A DNA stretch of 64,000 nt, from NCBI RefSeq assembly GCF_051251555.1, contig NZ_JBPOEW010000013.1. One strand, 5' to 3'. This stretch comes from Hoeflea sp. Lineage in GTDB: Bacteria; Pseudomonadota; Alphaproteobacteria; Rhizobiales; Rhizobiaceae. Within the stretch, counting starts at the first letter, position 1. Each line of letters begins with the position of its first letter. Below the pieces are notes generated by a model, which did no database searches, had not been told where the DNA came from, and saw only the letters and a program-made list of their open reading frames with translations. Shown one piece after another: positions 49,426-59,528 of the stretch. Position numbers and translations under genes: made by a program.

Positions 49426-50409
49426 ATGAAACATCTTCTCACTGCCCTGGCCCTGCTCATTTCCGTGCCCGCGACGGCTGCGGAAAAGCTCACCGTGGCG
49501 CTCGACTGGACGCCCAATACCAATCACGTCGGTCTCTATGTCGCCCAGGCGAAGGGCTGGTTCAAGGAGGCGGGCCTTGATGTCGAGATCCTGCCCTATA
49601 CCGACACCTCGTCGGGCACGCTTGTGGCCACCAGCGTCGCCCAGTTCGGTATCCTGAGTGCCGTGGGCTTTCACAGCCAGCGCTCGATGGGCGCCGACAT
49701 GACTGCGGTGATGGCGGTGGTGCAGCACGAGACCGGGCGGCTGGTGTTCAATGGCGAGCGCCAGGACATCCAGCGACCCAAGGATCTTGATGGAAAGATC
49801 TATGCGGGTTTCGGTAGCGCCTGGGAAAACGCGCTGATTTCCTCGATCATCCGCCATGATGGCGGCGAGGGCAGTTTCGACACGGTGACGCTCGGCACCT
49901 CGGCCTATGAGGCGCTGGCCAATGGCTCGGTCGATTTCACCCTGGAAGTCAGCACCTGGGAGGGCGTCAATTCCGTGTTGCTGAGCCGGCCGCAACGCGC
50001 CTTCAGCTATGCCGATTACGGCGTGCCGGATCAGCACACCACCTTTCTGGGCGGCAACGGAACATGGCTCGCCGCCAACGCGGAAACTGCAAGGGCCTTC
50101 GTGCAAGCCGCACAACGCGGCTACGCTTTCGCCGCTGACAATCCTGACGCAGCCGCCGACATGCTGATTGCGGAAACCGAGGGCATGCTCTCCAACCCGG
50201 ATCTGGTCCATGCCTCGATGAAGGCTTTGGTGGAGGGTGGTTTTCTGCGCGATGCAGGCGAACCGGTGGGTCTGATCGATGCGGGCCTGATCAACGGCAT
50301 CACCGGGTTCTTGTTCAAAGCCGGAATCCTGCGTGACGCCAATGGTGATGCGCTGGAAGAGATGCCGGACGTATCCAGCTGGTTCACCAACGCCTATCTG
50401 GCTCAGTAA
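49426..50409 (+). CDS. ABC substrate-binding protein, NMT1/THI5 (ThiY-like)
   Basis: 'LDWTPNTNHVGLYVA..KGWF...GLDV', 'PKDLDGK.YAG'. Confidence 0.88.
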   Translation: MKHLLTALALLISVPATAAEKLTVALDWTPNTNHVGLYVAQAKGWFKEAGLDVEILPYTDTSSGTLVATSVAQFGILSAVGFHSQRSMGADMTAVMAVVQHETGRLVFNGERQDIQRPKDLDGKIYAGFGSAWENALISSIIRHDGGEGSFDTVTLGTSAYEALANGSVDFTLEVSTWEGVNSVLLSRPQRAFSYADYGVPDQHTTFLGGNGTWLAANAETARAFVQAAQRGYAFAADNPDAAADMLIAETEGMLSNPDLVHASMKALVEGGFLRDAGEPVGLIDAGLINGITGFLFKAGILRDANGDALEEMPDVSSWFTNAYLAQ

Positions 50410-50550
50410 GCATGAGACGAGCCGGGGCCGCCTTGGCGGCTCCGGATATGACCCATTGCAGCTTTCTGGAAAAAGGTTGACCGAAAATTCCGGCCATGTA
50501 ACCCAAGTTGCACATGTGCACAGGGCACGTCGCGCAACGGGACGGGATTG

Positions 50551-52317
50551 ATGACGACTGACCAGATCTTGCTGTTTGGAATTCTCCTCGTGCTGTTCGG
50601 CATGCTGGTCTGGGGCCGCATCCGCTATGATCTTGTGGCTTTCGTGGCGCTGCTGGTCACGGTAATGGCCGGGCTGATCGAGCCGGATGAGGCTTTTCAC
50701 GGATTTGGCCATCCTGCCGTTGTCATCATCGCACTGGTGCTGATCGTCTCGCGCGGGTTGATGAATTCGGGTGCGGTTGAGTTCATCGCACGCTTTGTCA
50801 CCAGCCCGGACCGGGCTCTGCCGGTCCATATCGGCATCATGGCGGTGGTCGGCGCGGTGCTCTCGGCCATCATCAACAATGTCGCCGCCCTGGCGCTGCT
50901 GATGTCGCTCGACATGGATGCGGCGCGCAAGGCCAAGCGCGCGGTCTCGCTGACGCTGATGCCGCTGTCGTTCGGCACCATTCTCGGCGGCATGATCACC
51001 CTCATCGGAACGCCACCCAACATTGTCATCGCGCAATACCGCCAGGACGTTCTGGGTGCGCCGTTCTCGATGTTCGATTTTGCGCCGGTTGGCATCGCAG
51101 TGGCGATCACCGGTATCGCCTATGTGTCGTTCATCGGCTGGCGGCTGATCCCGGCCCGGCCTGACGCGATGTCGCTGGATGGAGATGCGGGGCTTTACGT
51201 TGCCGAAGCCCGGGTGAAAGAAGAGTCCAAGTCAATTGGCCTGACCGTGGCCGAGCTTTATCCGCTGGCCACCAAAAATGACGTCACCATTCTGGGACTG
51301 GCCCGTCAGGGCAAGCGGTTGCCGGGATTTTCGCGCGGCCGCGAAATCCGCAAGGGCGATTTTCTGGTGCTGGAGGGAGACCCGAAGCAAATCGAAGCGC
51401 TGATGGGCGCCGCCGGGCTGGATGCGGTCGGCGTTGAAAAGCATGAAGGTCTGATGGGCCGGTCGCTCAGTCTTGTCGAAGCCATCGTGCCCGAAGATGC
51501 GGCTCTGGTTGGCCGTACCACAATGGCGATGCGGCTGGTTCAAAAGCACGGGGTGACGCTGCTCGGTGTTTCCAGGCAGGGCAAGCGGTTCCGTGACCGG
51601 GTGCGCAGCCTGCCGATCAAGGCGGGCGACATGCTGTTGTTGATCGGGCCGGACAAGAACATCGCCGCCGCGAGCCAGTGGCTTGGCATATTGCCCCTGG
51701 AGGACCGGCGGCTGGAGGTGCTGCAGCGGACCAAGGCGTTGCTGGCGATCAGCATTTTTGCCGCCGCTATCGGCCTGTCGGTCGCAGGTATCACATCGCT
51801 GGCCATTTCGCTGGGTCTGTGTGTCGTGGCCTATCTGCTGCTGGGCATCATTGGCGGCCGCGATTTTTACGCGATGATCCAGTGGAAGGTGATCGTGCTG
51901 CTGGCCTGCCTGATTCCGGTCGCCGCAGCGCTGGAGGAAACCGGCGGCAGCCAGCTGATTGCCGATCTCATCGTCACCCAGACCGTCAATCTGCCGCCCT
52001 GGGGCGTGTTGGCGGTGCTGATGATCATCACCATGACGCTGTCGGATTTTCTCAACAATGTGGCGACAGCGCTGATTGCCGCCCCGATCGGGGTCAGCGT
52101 CGCTCACTCCATCGGCGCCAGCCCGGACCCGTTCCTGATGGGCGTCGCTGTGGCTGCCTCCTGCGCCTTCCTCACCCCCATCGGCCACAAGAACAACACC
52201 ATTATCATGGGTCCGGGAAACTACCGCTTCGGCGACTACTGGCGCATGGGGCTGATTCTGGAAGTGCTGGTGATTGTGGTCGGCGTGCCGATGATCGCCT
52301 GGGTGTGGCCGTTTTGA
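50551..52317 (+). CDS. SLC13-family permease with TrkA-C domains
   Basis: 'LSAIINNVAA', 'GMITLIGTPPN', 'FLNNVAT', 'FLTPIGHKNN', 'DYWRMG'. Confidence 0.88.
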   Translation: MTTDQILLFGILLVLFGMLVWGRIRYDLVAFVALLVTVMAGLIEPDEAFHGFGHPAVVIIALVLIVSRGLMNSGAVEFIARFVTSPDRALPVHIGIMAVVGAVLSAIINNVAALALLMSLDMDAARKAKRAVSLTLMPLSFGTILGGMITLIGTPPNIVIAQYRQDVLGAPFSMFDFAPVGIAVAITGIAYVSFIGWRLIPARPDAMSLDGDAGLYVAEARVKEESKSIGLTVAELYPLATKNDVTILGLARQGKRLPGFSRGREIRKGDFLVLEGDPKQIEALMGAAGLDAVGVEKHEGLMGRSLSLVEAIVPEDAALVGRTTMAMRLVQKHGVTLLGVSRQGKRFRDRVRSLPIKAGDMLLLIGPDKNIAAASQWLGILPLEDRRLEVLQRTKALLAISIFAAAIGLSVAGITSLAISLGLCVVAYLLLGIIGGRDFYAMIQWKVIVLLACLIPVAAALEETGGSQLIADLIVTQTVNLPPWGVLAVLMIITMTLSDFLNNVATALIAAPIGVSVAHSIGASPDPFLMGVAVAASCAFLTPIGHKNNTIIMGPGNYRFGDYWRMGLILEVLVIVVGVPMIAWVWPF

Positions 52318-52335
52318 GGGGGAGCAGAAATGCTG

Positions 52336-52971
52336 TTACAACGAACCGGGTTGTGTCACTGACAGCGAGATGGCCACAAAGAAACAGGCAGAGGCCGCGA
52401 TGACGAATCCATGCCAGATCGCGTTCGAGAACTTCATCGTCTTCGCTGCGTAGAAGGCCACGCCGAGGGTATAGAGCAACCCTCCTGCGACGATGTAGCC
52501 AAATGGCAGCTCCGACCATGACGACCAGAACAGCACCACGCTCATCCATCCCATGATCAGATAAAGCGCGGGGCCAAACTGTCCGGGCGTCGTCCAGAAC
52601 ACCAGCTTGAGCACGATCCCGACGATCGCCAAAGCCCAGACAATGCCAAGCACAACATAAGCCAGACCGCTGCCGATCATGACCACCAAGGGCGTGTAAG
52701 TGCCTGCGATCTTCAAATAAATCGCCGCATGATCGATGCGGCGCAGAACCGGCCGGATGCTCTCCCACGGGCTCATGTGATAAAACGCCGAAGCCGTGAA
52801 CGTGGCAATCAGTGTCATCGCATAGATCGATACCGCCGTGATTTCCCAGACTGACGCGACCGGTGCTGACCACGCCAGCAACAATGCCGCCCCAAACACC
52901 GATCCGATGACTCCGATGGCGTGCATGCTGCCGTCGGCAACGCGTTCTGACCTTGTATAATCGGGATACAT
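52336..52971 (-). CDS. Hemolysin III / PAQR (TrhA-like) membrane protein
   Basis: 'ERVADGSMH', 'SAFYH', 'RRIDHAAIY..IAGTYTP', 'HGFV'. Confidence 0.9.
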   Translation of the reverse strand: MYPDYTRSERVADGSMHAIGVIGSVFGAALLLAWSAPVASVWEITAVSIYAMTLIATFTASAFYHMSPWESIRPVLRRIDHAAIYLKIAGTYTPLVVMIGSGLAYVVLGIVWALAIVGIVLKLVFWTTPGQFGPALYLIMGWMSVVLFWSSWSELPFGYIVAGGLLYTLGVAFYAAKTMKFSNAIWHGFVIAASACFFVAISLSVTQPGSL

Positions 52972-53238
52972 TCTTTGCCTTCAAGCTCCGTGGCGATACC
53001 GTATAATTGCGGTGCAAGCAGGCAAATTCAAGGAGGATGGTGCTGAAATTCATGGCGCGGCTCGCGCTGGCGGGGGTAGCGGATTGTGACCGGGCGCCAC
53101 GAGGCTTGTCGGCTACGAGCTTGATGGCAACGCGCCCGATTGTAAATCGCCTGTTAGACAGAATGCTGCGAGCAATGCCTTGCGAAGCCGTGCTTGCCTC
53201 TGCTGGAAAACATCGAGGATCTTGATTTTCTAGACATT

Positions 53239-53248
53239 TGTATATACA
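53239..53248. promoter_or_regulatory. Palindromic operator TGTATATACA upstream of the TA operon
   Basis: Perfect 10-bp palindrome in an AT-rich promoter about 30 bp before brnT. Confidence 0.5.
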
Positions 53249-53278
53249 TTAATTTATGCAAATATGAGCAACCTTGTG

Positions 53279-53566
53279 ATGAAGATCCTGGGGTTTGAAT
53301 GGGATGAAGGCAATTGGCCGAAATGCGCCAAACATGGCGTGTCGAAGGCCGAGATCGAATTTGTGTTGACGAGCGCGCCGATGGTTATGCCGGATCGCTC
53401 GCCCGTCACGCAGGAGACCCGCTTCAATGCGATCGGACTGACCAAGGAGGGCAGGCATCTCTTTGTCGTCTTTATAATTCGAGAGACCAATTCGGACAAA
53501 CGCCTGCGGGTAATCAGCGCCCGGTATATGCATAAAAAGGAGATCACCCGTTATGAGCAGCGTTAA
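53279..53566 (+). CDS. brnT: BrnT family type II toxin (RNase)
   Basis: 'FEWDEGNWPKCAKHGVSKAE', 'ETRFNAIG', 'LRVISARYMH.KE'. Start 53279 (or 53264). Confidence 0.88.
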   Translation: MKILGFEWDEGNWPKCAKHGVSKAEIEFVLTSAPMVMPDRSPVTQETRFNAIGLTKEGRHLFVVFIIRETNSDKRLRVISARYMHKKEITRYEQR

Positions 53567-53834
53567 GAAGCCAAGATCCGTCCCCCAGCCGGGCAAACAG
53601 TTTCCGCTTCTGAAGACCGACGCGGAGGCCGAGCATTTCGTCGATACCGCTGATCTGTCCGAATATGATTTCTCCGGCTTCAAGCCGATGCGCTTCGAGT
53701 TTGAGAAGAAGACCAAGCAGATCAATCTGCGCATGCCCGAGAGCCTGGTGGATGCGGTCAAAGCCCGCGCCAAGGAACGCAACATACCCTATCAACGGCT
53801 GATCCGGGAAGCGATCGAGAATGCGCTGCGGTAG
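53553..53834 (+). CDS. brnA: BrnA/CopG family RHH antitoxin
   Basis: 'EAEHFVDTADLSEYD', 'INLRMPESLVDAVK.RA....IPYQRLIR'; overlaps the toxin gene. Confidence 0.88.
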   Translation: MSSVKKPRSVPQPGKQFPLLKTDAEAEHFVDTADLSEYDFSGFKPMRFEFEKKTKQINLRMPESLVDAVKARAKERNIPYQRLIREAIENALR

Positions 53835-53880
53835 GCGAGCGAGGATGGCCTATAGTGTCTGGTAACGCATAAGCCGCATT

Positions 53881-54132
53881 ATGGAACATCAGATAAGGTC
53901 GGTAAAATCTTCTTCTGACTCTTCGTCTGTATCTTCATTTGTGCCGTTTTCACGTCGACGAATACGGGCAGCAAATTCGGTGATAAATCTAGTACTCCTT
54001 GTCGGTGGAGTTGCTCTTACATTATGGGGAATGCAATGGGGACCGGCTGGAGTAGTCGTCGTTATTCCAGGTATACTTATGGTCGGTGTCGGAGGCTGGA
54101 ATTGTTTTGATATCGCCAAAGGAAATGACTGA
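53881..54132 (+). CDS. Small AT-rich hypothetical membrane protein (two TM segments)
   Basis: 'VINLVLLVGGVALTLWG...VVVVIPGILMVGVGGW'; start uncertain; a competing - strand ORF exists. Confidence 0.4.
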   Translation: MEHQIRSVKSSSDSSSVSSFVPFSRRRIRAANSVINLVLLVGGVALTLWGMQWGPAGVVVVIPGILMVGVGGWNCFDIAKGND

Positions 54133-54235
54133 AGCTGTGCGCGCACGATAGTTCGAGAATCCAAGTTATCGGCCGCTCTGACTAGGGGGGCAGCATAAAC
54201 GCAGAAGCTGAAACATAATCATAGTAATCCGTTTC

Positions 54236-54276
54236 AAAAACCGTTGCAAAAAGGAAGGTTTTTGCAACGGCTTTTG
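54236..54276. repeat. Strong inverted repeat in an AT-rich spacer
   Basis: ccgttgcaaaaa (54241-52) / tttttgcaacgg (54259-70), perfect 12 bp and extendable. Confidence 0.55.
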
Positions 54277-54534
54277 TCACCCTGCAATTTCAGCGGCTTA
54301 AGTGTCGGAAAACTTTGTCGTAAAAAATTCCTCAAATTCCCGTTTTTGAACGCTGAACGGGCCGAATTTCTGGAGTTGTGAAAAGGATGGTTTTCGCGGC
54401 ATACCCAAGATTAATCCCGCGTCCCCAACCTTGACTCAGCCACGCTTTTCCTGTTTATCCCGCTCAAATCTGCGACGAGCATGACTCCGAGCCGCCGACC
54501 GGGACCCTAATTGGTATAAATCGATCCCGGAGGC

Positions 54535-54570
54535 CAACACCCGACAGCGCGATGCGCCCTCGGGTGCTGT
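54535..54570 (+). promoter_or_regulatory. ffh leader RNA hairpin (alphaproteobacterial ffh cis-element)
   Basis: cacccga (54538-44) / tcgggtg (54560-66) around 'cagcgcgatgcgccc', about 70 nt upstream of ffh. Confidence 0.6.
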
Positions 54571-54635
54571 TTGGCTTTGCTTGATGCTCGCCCCATATGT
54601 GCTGGAGATCTCTTCAGCAAAAACAGGACGACCCT

Positions 54636-56213
54636 ATGTTTGAAAATCTCCAGGACCGGCTTGGCTCCATCCTCAACAATCTGACCGGGCGCGGCGCCCT
54701 GTCGGAGAAGGATGTGTCGGAAGCCATGCGCGAAGTTCGCCGCGCGCTTCTGGAGGCCGACGTGGCGCTGGAAGTGGTGCGCGGGTTTACCGACCGGGTG
54801 CGCGAGAAGGCCGTCGGCGCCGAAATCGTCAAGTCGATCAAGCCGGGCCAGATGGTGGTCAAGCTGGTCCATGACGAGCTGGTGGCGCTGCTTGGCGAAG
54901 AAGGCGTGCCGATCGATCTCAATGCCGCCGCCCCCGTCGTCATCATGATGGTCGGCCTGCAGGGGTCCGGTAAAACCACGACATCGGCGAAGATTGCCGC
55001 GCGGATGGAAAAGCGCGACCGCAAGAAAGTGCTGATGGCCTCGCTCGACACGCGCCGTCCGGCAGCGCAGGAGCAGCTCAGGCAGCTGGGCGAACAGACA
55101 GGCGTCGCCACCCTGCCGATCATTGCCGGCCAGTCGCCAACCGATATCGCTGCACGCGCGGTGCAGGCGGCGAAACTTGGCGGCCACGACGTGGTCATTC
55201 TCGATACCGCCGGCCGCACCCATATCGACGAGCCGCTGATGGCCGAAATGGCCGAGATCAAAAGCCGGGCCAATCCGCACGAGATCCTGCTGGTCGCCGA
55301 TGCGCTGACCGGTCAGGACGCGGTCAACCTGGCGCGCAATTTCGATGAGCGCGTCGGCATTTCCGGCCTGGTGCTGACCCGCATGGACGGCGACGGCCGC
55401 GGCGGCGCGGCGCTGTCGATGCGGGCCGTCACCGGCAAGCCGATCAAGCTGATCGGTACCGGCGAAAAGATGGACGCGCTGGAGGAATTCCATCCCCGCC
55501 GCGTCGCCGACCGTATTCTCGGCATGGGCGACATTGTCAGCCTGGTCGAAAAGGCGGCGGAGAATTTCGACGCCGACAAGGCGCAGGCCATGGCCGCCCG
55601 GATGAAATCGGGCAAGTTCGATCTCAACGACATGGCCGATCAGCTGGGCCAGATGCAGAAGCTTGGCGGCATGGGCGGCATCATGGGAATGATGCCCGGC
55701 ATGGGCAAGATGAAGGACCAGATGTCGGCCGCCGGCATGGACGACAAGACATTTGCCCGCCAGCTCGCCATCATCGGCTCGATGACCAAGGCCGAGCGTG
55801 CCAATCCGGATCTGCTCAAGCACTCGCGCAAGAAGCGCATCGCCAGGGGCTCGGGCACCGATGCGGCAGCGATCAACAAGCTTTTGAAGATGCACCGGCA
55901 GATGGCCGACATGATGAAAGCCATGGGCGGCAAGGGCAAGGGCGGCGGCATGATGCGTGCAGCCATGGGCGGCCTGGCCTCGAAGATGGGGCTTCCCGGC
56001 GGCATGGGTGGAATGGGCGGCATGCCGGACCTGTCGAAAATGGATCCCAAGCAGCTCGAAGCGCTGCAGAAGCAGGCCGAAGCCGCGGGTCTTGGCAAGG
56101 CTCCTGGCATGGGCGGCATGCCCGGCGGCATTCCGGGTGGATTGCCAGGTTTGGGCGGCCCGAAGCTGCCCGGTCTTGGTGGCGGCCTTCCCGGCCTGCC
56201 GAAGAAGAAGTGA
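54636..56213 (+). CDS. ffh: Signal recognition particle protein Ffh
   Basis: 'MFENLQDRL', 'GLQGSGKTTT', 'DTAGR', 'FHPRRVADRILGMGD', Met-rich M domain. Confidence 0.98.
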   Translation: MFENLQDRLGSILNNLTGRGALSEKDVSEAMREVRRALLEADVALEVVRGFTDRVREKAVGAEIVKSIKPGQMVVKLVHDELVALLGEEGVPIDLNAAAPVVIMMVGLQGSGKTTTSAKIAARMEKRDRKKVLMASLDTRRPAAQEQLRQLGEQTGVATLPIIAGQSPTDIAARAVQAAKLGGHDVVILDTAGRTHIDEPLMAEMAEIKSRANPHEILLVADALTGQDAVNLARNFDERVGISGLVLTRMDGDGRGGAALSMRAVTGKPIKLIGTGEKMDALEEFHPRRVADRILGMGDIVSLVEKAAENFDADKAQAMAARMKSGKFDLNDMADQLGQMQKLGGMGGIMGMMPGMGKMKDQMSAAGMDDKTFARQLAIIGSMTKAERANPDLLKHSRKKRIARGSGTDAAAINKLLKMHRQMADMMKAMGGKGKGGGMMRAAMGGLASKMGLPGGMGGMGGMPDLSKMDPKQLEALQKQAEAAGLGKAPGMGGMPGGIPGGLPGLGGPKLPGLGGGLPGLPKKK

Positions 56214-56225
56214 GGGGCGGGGGAC

Positions 56226-56522
56226 ATGAGCACAAACACTGACGCGCTTTCCAAGCTGCATGACTTTCGCAAGTCGATCGACAATTTCGATGCGGCGCTG
56301 ATTCACATATTGGCCGAGCGCTTCCGGGTGACCAAGGCTGTCGGCGCGCTCAAGGCGTCGGCTGATCTGCCGCCATCCGATCCGAACCGTGAAGCCGAGC
56401 AGGTTGCCCGGCTGCGCGAACTGGCCAAATCCGCCGATCTCGATCCGGATTTCGCCGAAAAATTTCTCGAATTCGTCATTCGCGAAGTCATCCAGCATCA
56501 CAAGCAGGCGGCTGCGAAATGA
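56226..56522 (+). CDS. Chorismate mutase (AroQ type)
   Basis: 'RKSIDNFDAALIHILAERF', 'DPNREAEQ', 'DPDFAEKFL.F.I.EVI.HH'. Confidence 0.9.
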   Translation: MSTNTDALSKLHDFRKSIDNFDAALIHILAERFRVTKAVGALKASADLPPSDPNREAEQVARLRELAKSADLDPDFAEKFLEFVIREVIQHHKQAAAK

Positions 56523-56603
56523 CAACCCTGATCTGGCGCTGAGCAGCGTCCGAAGACACCCAAACAATCAATCAACACACTTGTTAAAACGAAGGAAAAG
56601 AAA

Positions 56604-57014
56604 ATGGGATTGAAAATTCGTCTGGCCCGTGGCGGCTCCAAGAAGCGTCCTTACTATCACGTTGTCGTTGCCGATGTGCGCAGCCCGCGCGACGGCCGCT
56701 TCATCGAGCGTCTGGGCTACTGGAACCCGATGCTGGCCAAGGACGACGCAGCCCGCGTTGACCTCAACCAGGAGCGCATCCAGCATTGGCTCGACCACGG
56801 CGCGCTGCCGACCGACCGCGTTGCCCGTTTCATGGCTGAAGCCGGCATGATGACCCGCGACGCGCGCTCCAACCCGAACAAGGGCGAGCCCGGCAAGAAG
56901 GCGCAGGAACGCGCTGCCGAGAAGAAGCAGAAGGAAGAGGATGCAGCTGCTGCTGCCGCCGAAGCCGCTGCTGCTCCTGCCGAAGCACCTGCTGAAGAAG
57001 CGGCTGCTGAATAA
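56604..57014 (+). CDS. rpsP: 30S ribosomal protein S16
   Basis: '[31 protein letters not shown]'. Confidence 0.98.
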   Translation: MGLKIRLARGGSKKRPYYHVVVADVRSPRDGRFIERLGYWNPMLAKDDAARVDLNQERIQHWLDHGALPTDRVARFMAEAGMMTRDARSNPNKGEPGKKAQERAAEKKQKEEDAAAAAAEAAAAPAEAPAEEAAAE

Positions 57015-57183
57015 TAGTCCAGCGTTTGCGCATCTTCACTGATGCACGCGCTTTGCGCTATCATCCGGGCGGCTTTGTGCCGCCCGTTTCGCGTTGGTCT
57101 TCACTAATGCAAGTCATTCAATGTGCTACAGCATCGATTGCGCATCCAGCTGGATGCGCGGCGCTGTAGCGGAGATTTCCAGC

Positions 57184-57804
57184 ATGACCAAGCTTGAGCA
57201 CCCCATTCTGATCGGCGTTGTCGGCGCGGCGCAAGGTCTGCGCGGCGAAGTCCGGGTCAAGCCGTTCACCGATGATCCGATGGCGATCGCCGAATACGGC
57301 GCGCTCTACACCAGGGATGGCCGTCGTTTCGAAATCCTCGATCACCGGTTTGCCAAGACCGTCGTCGTGGTGCGGTTTCGCGGCATCAACGACCGCAACG
57401 CGGCGGAAGCGCTCAAGGGCCTCGAGCTGTTTATCGACCGCTCCAGCCTCGATGACGAAGATCTGGAAGAGGGCGAATATTTCCATGCTGATCTCGAGGG
57501 GCTGGAAGCCTGGGACGCTGACGGCCAGTTCTGGGGAACAGTGTCCGGCGTGCTCGATTTTGGCGGCGGCGACCTGCTGGAGTTGCGCGATGAGGGCAAG
57601 AAGCCGGTGGTGATCCCGTTCACGCTGGCAGCCGTGCCGAATGTCGATCTGGAAGCGGGGCGCATTCTGGTGGATCCGTTGGCCGCCGGGTTGCTTGATA
57701 CCGGCGACGACGATACCGGAGAGGATGATGGCAGTGCTGGCGGTGAAAACCCCGGTGAAGCTGGCCCGGATGAAGGTGGCCCCGACGAAGATCGGCGAAA
57801 ATGA
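57184..57804 (+). CDS. rimM: 16S rRNA processing protein RimM
   Basis: '[15 protein letters not shown]', '[11 protein letters not shown]', 'DFGGGDLLE'. Confidence 0.95.
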   Translation: MTKLEHPILIGVVGAAQGLRGEVRVKPFTDDPMAIAEYGALYTRDGRRFEILDHRFAKTVVVVRFRGINDRNAAEALKGLELFIDRSSLDDEDLEEGEYFHADLEGLEAWDADGQFWGTVSGVLDFGGGDLLELRDEGKKPVVIPFTLAAVPNVDLEAGRILVDPLAAGLLDTGDDDTGEDDGSAGGENPGEAGPDEGGPDEDRRK

Positions 57805-58505
57805 GTTTTCACGCCACCATACTGACGCTCTATCCGGAGATGTTTCCCGGACACCTCGGTCTGTCACTGGCGGGCCGGGCGATTGCGCGCGGCGACGCGT
57901 CGATCGAGGCGGTCAATATAAGGGATTTTGCCACGGACAAGCACCGTTCGGTCGATGACACGCCGGCCGGTGGCGGCGCCGGAATGGTGCTCAAGCCGGA
58001 TGTGTTGGCCGGAGCCATCGATGCCGTCAGCCCCGAAGGCGATCCGCGGCCACGATTGCTGATGAGCCCGCGGGGCAAACCGCTGACGCAGGCGCGGGTG
58101 CGCGAACTGGCCGATGGCCCCGGCGCCGTCATCGTCTGCGGCCGGTTCGAGGGTGTCGATCAGCGGGTGATCGAGGCGCGCAATCTCGAGGAAATTTCGA
58201 TTGGCGATTACGTGCTTTCGGGCGGCGAACCGGCGGCACTGATCCTGCTTGACGCGGTGATCCGGGTGCTCCCCGGCGTCATGGGCAACGCGGCCTCCGG
58301 CGCGCATGAAAGCTTCGAGACCGGCATGCTGGAGCATCCGCATTACACCCGGCCGCAGGTGTTTGAAGGCCGCGAAATCCCCGCCGTGCTGACTTCGGGA
58401 AATCACAAGGCAGTGGATGCCTGGCGTGAAGCCGAGTCGCTCAAGCTGACGCGCGAACGCCGGCCTGACCTACTGTCAGGCGATGACGGTCAAGTGGAAA
58501 AATAA
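57801..58505 (+). CDS. trmD: tRNA (guanine-N1)-methyltransferase TrmD
   Basis: '[13 protein letters not shown]', '[10 protein letters not shown]', '[11 protein letters not shown]', 'HYTRP'. Confidence 0.97.
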   Translation: MSFHATILTLYPEMFPGHLGLSLAGRAIARGDASIEAVNIRDFATDKHRSVDDTPAGGGAGMVLKPDVLAGAIDAVSPEGDPRPRLLMSPRGKPLTQARVRELADGPGAVIVCGRFEGVDQRVIEARNLEEISIGDYVLSGGEPAALILLDAVIRVLPGVMGNAASGAHESFETGMLEHPHYTRPQVFEGREIPAVLTSGNHKAVDAWREAESLKLTRERRPDLLSGDDGQVEK

Positions 58506-59233
58506 TACCAGCTCAGCATCAGGCCGACGCCGACGACGACGGCGCGGATGACGCCCTGCGGCACGCGGCGCGCCATCCATACCCCGGCATAACCACCCAA
58601 CGCACCGGCAGGGATCATGATCACCGCCGGTAGCCAGGCCACGACGCCGCCGCTTGAGAACACCACGATGGCGACGAAGGCGATGACGACGGCGATGAAA
58701 TTCTTCAGCGCGTTGAGTTTGTGGTAGTCACCACCTTTGGTGATCCCGAGCACGGCGAGCATCATGATGCCCATACCGGCGCCGAAAAATCCGCCATAGA
58801 TCGAGGTGATGAACTGTCCCGCCATGCCCAGCCGGGTCACGGGTTGCTCGGCATGGAGATGTTTGGGGCGTAAATACGGGCCGGCGGCAAAGATCATGGT
58901 GGCAGCGAGCAGCAGCCATGGCACCAGCGAGCGGAACGAGGGGTTGGACATCGAGACCAGAACCAGCGCACCGACAAGGCTGCCCACGAGCGACAGGCCG
59001 GCCAGCACCCAGGCTTCCCGTCCGGCTTGACGGATTTCGGTGCGGTAGGCCAGCGCCGACGTCACGTAGCCGGGAAACTGGGTGACCGACGACGTGGCGT
59101 TGGCCATGATCGGCGGAACACCCACCAGCGTCATGGCGCCAAAGGTGAGGAATGTGCCGCCGCCGGCGATGGCATTGACCGCGCTCGACAGAAAGCCGGC
59201 ACTGAACAGAAGAACGATATCGAAAATGGACAT
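58490..59233 (-). CDS. TauE/SafE (sulfite exporter) family membrane protein
   Basis: '[12 protein letters not shown]', 'ANATS', '[10 protein letters not shown]'. Confidence 0.88.
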   Translation of the reverse strand: MSIFDIVLLFSAGFLSSAVNAIAGGGTFLTFGAMTLVGVPPIMANATSSVTQFPGYVTSALAYRTEIRQAGREAWVLAGLSLVGSLVGALVLVSMSNPSFRSLVPWLLLAATMIFAAGPYLRPKHLHAEQPVTRLGMAGQFITSIYGGFFGAGMGIMMLAVLGITKGGDYHKLNALKNFIAVVIAFVAIVVFSSGGVVAWLPAVIMIPAGALGGYAGVWMARRVPQGVIRAVVVGVGLMLSWYYFST

Positions 59234-59528
59234 GAAGACACTGAAATGGGAAGATCGGATCGGTTTTAGAGCATCGCTTGTCCGTTATCACAAGAGCAGT
59301 AACAAAATTGCCCGGGCAGGCGTGACAAATCCGCGACGATGGTGTATCTGCCCCGCGATCGGCAAAGTCCGACAGCCGTGTGAATAGCGGTGCCTGCCAA
59401 ACAATGAATGGTGAACCCGCTCCTGCCTTCACCGGCATAGCCCCGAGAATGATCCCGAAAACGGGACATGTCAAAGTGGCAAGTTGAGAGCGCTCTGACC
59501 GTTTGAGAAAAACGAAAGGTCAAGGACC

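Noticed and set aside
55900-56213. Gly/Met/Pro repeats at the Ffh C-terminus, and Ala/Glu tails of S16 and L19
   Set aside because: Ordinary low-complexity extensions of these proteins in alphaproteobacteria.
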